From Minisyncoccia bacterium (GTDB lineage: Bacteria; Patescibacteriota; Minisyncoccia; Phycocordibacterales; Phycocordibacteraceae), in NCBI GenBank assembly GCA_038207395.1, contig JBBQZW010000001.1:142862-206861 (forward strand): 64,000 nt of DNA, given 5' to 3'. Below the pieces are notes generated by a model that saw only the letters and a list, made by a program, of their open reading frames with translations, had not been told where the DNA came from and did not search any database. A program made the translations under genes and the position numbers. Of the stretch, positions 59,103 through 64,000 are shown piece after piece (within the stretch, counting starts at the first letter, position 1; the number at the start of each line of letters is the position of its first letter).

Positions 59103-60386
59103 ATGAATAAACTATCTTGGACAACAATCCAAAAACGCGTAAACGATCTGATTCCCCAGGAGATCAACCCTCGCAAGATCACCGACAAACAAATGTCGGA
59201 CCTGAAGCGAAGCCTTAAGAAGTTCAATCTGGTGGAAATCCCCGCCGTGGATTATGACGGCACGATATTAGCAGGACATCAGCGTATCAAGGCTCTCCAG
59301 CTTCTTGGTCGCGGAGATGAGATGATCGACATCCGAGTACCTAATCGCAAACTAACCGAGAAAGAGTCTAAGGAATACCTGATCGGCTCCAACAAACTTG
59401 GTGGAGATTGGGACTTCGACATTCTGAAATCATTTGAACTCGATACGCTCTCGTTCGCAGGATTCGACGACCTTGAGCTTTCTAAGTTCTGGGACACTGA
59501 TAACGAAACTAAGGAGGACGCGTTCGACGTTGAGAAGGAGTTGAAGAAGATCATAGAACCGAAGACAAAGCTCGGTGACATTATTCGTCTTGGTAATCAC
59601 AAGATTCTTTGTGGCGACTCGACTGACCCGAAGAATCTTGCACGGCTTCTAGGGAGCGAACGCGCCAGCATGATCTACTCAGATCCCGTCTACAACATCT
59701 CTATCGACTACGACGGAGGCATTGGCGGTAAGAAGGATTACGGAGGAAACGTAAACGACACGCGCACCTACGAGGAATACAAGACTTTCATCAAGGAAAG
59801 CCTCGCTGCCGCGCTCGCCGTAGCAGACCCCAACACCCATATCTTCTACTACTGTGATCAGGTCTATATTGGCTTGATACAGGAAATTTACCGATCGCTC
59901 GGCATCGCTAACAAGCGGGTGTGCCTGTGGCTCAAGAACTCACAGAACCCAGTGCCGAAGGTGTACTGCAACAAGGCATATGAACCAGCCGTATACGGCA
60001 CGCGTGGAAGACCATACCTCGCGGAAGCCGTAAGCAATCTCAACGAGGTTATGAACAAGGAGTTCGGTACGGGAAACGAGCTTGTGGCGCAGGTGGACGA
60101 CTTCCTCGAGATCTGGACGGCAAAGCGACTTGCCGCGAAGGACTACAAGCACGCGACCTCAAAGCCGATCACACTCCACGAGAAAGCCATAAAGCGATGT
60201 ACCAGACCAAACGAAATCATTCTCGATAGCTTCCTGGGTTCAGGCAGTACCCTGCTTGCCGGAGAACAGCTTGGACGACGCGTGTACGGATGTGAGCTTG
60301 AGCCACGCTTCTGCGACCTAATCGCGATTAGGTTCGAGGCACTTACTGGAACCAAGCCAGTCATCGAACACCATGAAAAAGAATAA
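59103..60386 (+). CDS. ParB-like nuclease domain fused to an N6/N4 DNA methyltransferase (phage-type).
   Basis: ParB N-domain (INPRKITDKQMSDLKRSLKKFNLVEIPAV), methyltransferase motif IV SDPVY and motif I ILDSFLGSGST. Confidence 0.8.
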   Translation: MNKLSWTTIQKRVNDLIPQEINPRKITDKQMSDLKRSLKKFNLVEIPAVDYDGTILAGHQRIKALQLLGRGDEMIDIRVPNRKLTEKESKEYLIGSNKLGGDWDFDILKSFELDTLSFAGFDDLELSKFWDTDNETKEDAFDVEKELKKIIEPKTKLGDIIRLGNHKILCGDSTDPKNLARLLGSERASMIYSDPVYNISIDYDGGIGGKKDYGGNVNDTRTYEEYKTFIKESLAAALAVADPNTHIFYYCDQVYIGLIQEIYRSLGIANKRVCLWLKNSQNPVPKVYCNKAYEPAVYGTRGRPYLAEAVSNLNEVMNKEFGTGNELVAQVDDFLEIWTAKRLAAKDYKHATSKPITLHEKAIKRCTRPNEIILDSFLGSGSTLLAGEQLGRRVYGCELEPRFCDLIAIRFEALTGTKPVIEHHEKE

Positions 60387-60849
60387 ATTCCAGAAGCAGT
60401 TCTTGGACGAACTGCGGAAAGTACCGATCGTTCAAGTTGCGTGCGAGAAGACCGGCTTGTCTCGCAACAGTATCTATCGCTGGCGTAACGAAGATGCAGA
60501 GTTCCGCAAAGCTATGGAGGAAGCAATCGCCGAGGGTGAGGAACTTGTAAATGATATGAGTGAGGGTCAGCTACTCACACTTATCAAAGAGAAGAACTGG
60601 TCAGCGATTAGCTTCTGGCTTCGTAAGCGCAATCCCAAGTTCAAGGATCGCCTAGAGGTGGAAGTTGCACCTAAGCAAGAAGAACTCACGGAGGAACAGG
60701 AAGAGACTGTGCGTGAAGCTCTTCGACTTGCCTCTATGGATCCAACTATTAACCCTGTAACAGAAATCGACCATGGAACAGAACCCATTACCGACGCACC
60801 TGATGGAAACGATGCTGAAGGATCGGAAGGTCCGAACAGCGATCACTAA
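60373..60849 (+). CDS. Putative terminase small subunit (HTH).
   Basis: HTH segment ACEKTGLSRNSIYRWR and an acidic C-terminus. It is immediately upstream of and overlaps the large terminase gene. Confidence 0.5.
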   Translation: MKKNKFQKQFLDELRKVPIVQVACEKTGLSRNSIYRWRNEDAEFRKAMEEAIAEGEELVNDMSEGQLLTLIKEKNWSAISFWLRKRNPKFKDRLEVEVAPKQEELTEEQEETVREALRLASMDPTINPVTEIDHGTEPITDAPDGNDAEGSEGPNSDH

Positions 60850-62245
60850 AGAGAGCCATTGGTACTTCTTCCATTTCTACTTCGCTCACTATGTGAAGTA
60901 CCCGACCGCTCCTTTTCAAAAGGAGTTTATGGGGCTTTCAGAGCGCGAAGACGTGAAGAATCTCGTTGTGGTGGCCTTTCGCGGATCGGCGAAATCGACC
61001 ATCTTCACCATGTCCTATCCGATCTGGGCCATCCTCGGAAAGCAGCAAAAGAAATTCATTGTCATCCTGTCGCAAACACAGGCGCAAGCGAAACAGCATA
61101 TGATGAACCTTAGGCGTGAGCTTGAGGGTAATCCACTTCTCAAGAACGACCTCGGACCATTCCAAGAGGAGCGCAATGAATGGGGTGCAACTTCCCTTGT
61201 GTTCGGAAGGCATGGTGCTCGTATTACCGCCGTCTCAACGGAGCAGAGTGTTCGCGGCCTGCGTCATAATCAGCACCGGCCTGATCTCATAATAGGAGAC
61301 GACCTTGAAGATATTGCTTCCACAAAGACACGAGAGGGGCGTAATAAGACCTACGAGTGGCTAACGGGTGAAGTGATTCCTGCCGGAGACCGAAACACGC
61401 GCCTTATCGTGATCGGAAACCTTCTGCATGAGGATTCTCTCATTATGCGTCTACGCGAGGATATTGAGGGTAAAAGGATCGATGGAATGTTCAAAGCGTA
61501 TCCCCTTCTCGAAGGTCAGAAGATCTTATGGCCTGGAAAGTATCCGACAATGGAGGATATCGAGGAAGAGCAACGGAAAGCGGCAAACGATTACGCATGG
61601 CAACGCGAGTATCTTCTCAACATTGTTCCTGCGGAAGATCAGGTTATTGATCCGGCATGGATCCATTACTACGACGAGATTCCACCGCGCGTGCGGGTTT
61701 ATAGCGATGAGACTTACATGACGAATCTTGAAGTACGCATTGGTGTTGATCTGGCTATCTCGAAGCGCGATACCGCAGACTACACCGCGATGGTGCCAGC
61801 CCTCCTATACGAAAGGAAGAAGGGCTACGACATATACATTCTTCCGAAAATCATCAATAAGCGACTCTCATTCCCCGAAACTGTTGAGACGTGCAAGGTG
61901 ATAAACCAGTCGTACAAAGAGATCAAGGAATGGAACGGACCGGTGTTCGTGATTGAGGACGTAGCGTATCAAAGCGCCCTTCCCCAGCAGCTGAAGGCTG
62001 AAGGGCTCAGACAAATACACACAGTAAAACCGGGCAATGTAGATAAGCGCGCACGACTTATGCTGACCGCTAACCTTATCAAGACAGGAGTCGTAAAGTT
62101 TCCACGGCAAGGAGCCGAGCAATTAATTCAGCAGATAGTCCATTTCGGTGTTGAGAAACATGACGACCTTGCGGATGCATTCTCAGCTCTCGTCTTGGAC
62201 GCGATTGCAGAGCCTCCAAGAACCTTCCGGATCTTTATGCTCTAG
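60773..62245 (+). CDS. Phage terminase large subunit.
   Basis: Walker A AFRGSAKST, Walker B LIIGDDLED, and a C-terminal nuclease-like domain. 490 aa. Confidence 0.85.
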   Translation: MEQNPLPTHLMETMLKDRKVRTAITKESHWYFFHFYFAHYVKYPTAPFQKEFMGLSEREDVKNLVVVAFRGSAKSTIFTMSYPIWAILGKQQKKFIVILSQTQAQAKQHMMNLRRELEGNPLLKNDLGPFQEERNEWGATSLVFGRHGARITAVSTEQSVRGLRHNQHRPDLIIGDDLEDIASTKTREGRNKTYEWLTGEVIPAGDRNTRLIVIGNLLHEDSLIMRLREDIEGKRIDGMFKAYPLLEGQKILWPGKYPTMEDIEEEQRKAANDYAWQREYLLNIVPAEDQVIDPAWIHYYDEIPPRVRVYSDETYMTNLEVRIGVDLAISKRDTADYTAMVPALLYERKKGYDIYILPKIINKRLSFPETVETCKVINQSYKEIKEWNGPVFVIEDVAYQSALPQQLKAEGLRQIHTVKPGNVDKRARLMLTANLIKTGVVKFPRQGAEQLIQQIVHFGVEKHDDLADAFSALVLDAIAEPPRTFRIFML

Positions 62246-62277
62246 AGCAATTATTAGCGAACAGTAAGGCGATATAA

Positions 62278-62793
62278 CTAGTTCGTCTGCTCAACCGTAA
62301 CCTGCCAATTAATTCCACTTATAACCTGAACGAAGTAACGGCCGGGCTTGAGACTACGATACGTCGTCTGACCCTTACCTGCTTCTGATCCCTCAGTCAT
62401 TATAGAGAGACCTGGGCCAGTATATCCACCGTCTTCTTTCTCAAGACTGATGGCGGTATAGCTTCCTACCGATGAGCCTGTAGTGGTAGCAGTAATACGA
62501 ACCTTGTCACTTGTAACATCGAACGATTCACTATTCTGATTCCCCTTTCCTTTAAGGGTGTTAACTTGTGTCCAAAGCTCTTCCTTTGGAGCGGCGTTAT
62601 TTGCAGTACTTCCACTCGTTGAGTCTTTCGAGCCACCGAGTGATCCGATAAGTATGAGAACAAGAATTGCGTACACTACGAACATTCTCTTCTTCAGGTA
62701 CCACTTCTTTTCTGGCTTCTGCCCGTTTACTTCTTGAGACATATATAAGTTGTTGGTTCGGTTTTCTTCTAATCTCCCGATGGCCAGATACAC
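62278..62793 (-). CDS. Hypothetical membrane-anchored protein. The probable start is near 62742.
   Basis: TM anchor, then a Ser/Thr/Gly-rich soluble domain. Confidence 0.35.
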   Translation of the reverse strand: MYLAIGRLEENRTNNLYMSQEVNGQKPEKKWYLKKRMFVVYAILVLILIGSLGGSKDSTSGSTANNAAPKEELWTQVNTLKGKGNQNSESFDVTSDKVRITATTTGSSVGSYTAISLEKEDGGYTGPGLSIMTEGSEAGKGQTTYRSLKPGRYFVQVISGINWQVTVEQTN

Positions 62794-63086
62794 AAAAATC
62801 CCGCCACCAGGAGGACCCTTGCGGGTATCCCTACCTAAGTTTCCCTAGGTAACCGAACCAACGACCCTGATGACGGGGTTTTTACGTTGGTTTGGGTTTT
62901 CGACCATATCCTTTGAAATCAAAGGGGTTAGGCCATTTCTATTCAATTGTCCGTAATATGGTTGCCCCTACTACCTCTTCATAAGATGGCAGTCCGGTTG
63001 TTCTGCTAAGCCCTCCACGACCATGCTACGAATCACTAGTTTTGCATAGACTATGCATCATCCCCTGGTCTGGCATCAATTAATAG

Positions 63087-63389
63087 GTGGAGGACAGGGA
63101 CGAAATAGTAGATAAAGCAGCCCATTACCGTTTTACGAAGGAAGCCGATAGTGCTTATCTGAATAGGATTTCCCTACTTCCAAATTCTAAGAAGGATCTG
63201 AAGAGAGCGATCTTGGAAAGAATTGAGGTCTTGGTTACCGCCTATAGCTCTCTTGCGAGCTACGTGCCAGACGAGCTGATTGATTGGCTCAATTCGCACC
63301 AAGGAAGCGATAAGAGCAAGAAGGTGTATTTAGGCGTACTTCGGGATATGGAAAAGCTTCGGGTAGAAGCTTTGAGCAAATTGAAATAA
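63087..63389 (+). CDS. Hypothetical protein.
   Basis: It is a 100-aa ORF directly upstream of the recombinase gene. Confidence 0.35.
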   Translation: MEDRDEIVDKAAHYRFTKEADSAYLNRISLLPNSKKDLKRAILERIEVLVTAYSSLASYVPDELIDWLNSHQGSDKSKKVYLGVLRDMEKLRVEALSKLK

Positions 63390-63404
63390 TCTTTATGAAA
63401 ACTT

Positions 63405-64000
63405 TAGAAACTTCTCAGATTGGGTTATCACCCACAATTATTGAAGAGAAAATCAAATACTGTCTGTACGCTCGTAAATCGACTGAATCAGATGAGAAAC
63501 AGGCTCTTTCGATTGAGTCTCAGATAAAGGAAATGCTTCAGATAGCTGAACGAGAAAACCTGGATATAGCAGATATTAGACGAGAGTCGCATTCAGCTAA
63601 AGATTCAGGACAACGCCCCGTCTATCAGGAACTATTGGAAGACATCCGGCGACAACGATTCAACGCCATTCTAACGTGGGCACCTGACCGATTAAGTAGA
63701 AATGCTGGAGACCTAGGAACACTCGTAGATCTCATGGATCAAAAGCTCCTCCTAGAGATTCGCACGTATGGACAACATTTTAGGAATTCCCCTAACGAAA
63801 AGTTTCTTCTAATGATTCTTTGCTCCCAAGCAAAACTTGAGAACGATAATAAGAGTATCAATGTTAAGAGGGGTCTAAAGACACGAGTAGAGATGGGACT
63901 TCTGCCCGGACGCGCGCCAACTGGTTATCTAAAGGAGCAGCGAATGGACAGGAAGTGCGAAAGTATCCTAGACCCTGACCGAGCCATGGTTATAAAGAAG
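63405..64000 (+). CDS. Serine recombinase (resolvase/large-serine-integrase N-terminal catalytic domain), 5' partial. It continues past the window end.
   Basis: Hand translation gives CLYARKSTESDEKQALSIESQIKEM (the catalytic Ser context) and ...RGLKTRVEMGLLPGRAPTGY. It is not in the ORF track because it is truncated. Confidence 0.75.

Overview
The window is a 64 kb bacterial chromosomal segment with roughly 45% GC and dense coding. Long genes show no in-frame TGA, so the standard bacterial genetic code applies. The organism looks like a small-genome bacterium, possibly CPR/Patescibacteria-like, but this cannot be proven from the sequence alone.

The first 52 kb are mostly housekeeping, repair and envelope genes: class II ribonucleotide reductase (partial), HtpX, GroES/GroEL, SecG, RNase J, HhH-GPD glycosylase, RadC, a uracil-DNA glycosylase family protein, a photolyase family protein, two MsrA copies (one a membrane-anchored MsrA/MsrB fusion), two glutathione S-transferases, a P-type ATPase, ABC and MFS transporters, a type IV pilin, UppP, an orphan histidine kinase, a tRNA-Ser(GGA), and several metal/redox-stress proteins (two DUF305 paralogs, an HMBD-MauE fusion, DoxX, SOUL, cytochrome b5).

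The last ~12 kb (about 51.4-64 kb) are accessory DNA. The main finding is a complete diversity-generating retroelement (DGR). Its reverse transcriptase at 55822-56874 carries the DGR-specific GNLTSQ and YADD motifs. A divergent Avd four-helix-bundle gene overlaps it. A 113-nt template repeat (57228-57340) and a 113-nt variable repeat (57686-57798) sit at the C-terminus of a target gene. They differ at 14 positions, and all 14 are adenines in the template-sense strand. A 12-bp GC hairpin follows the variable repeat, and a G10/C10 homopolymer lies in the overlapping 5' ends of the RT and Avd ORFs.

Next to the DGR is a GC-rich array of gene cassettes separated by four copies of a ~28-nt direct repeat. 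Beyond the target gene is a phage-like module: a ParB-methyltransferase fusion, terminase small and large subunits, and a serine recombinase that runs off the window edge.

Several other GC-rich patches encode orphan hypothetical proteins and look horizontally acquired.
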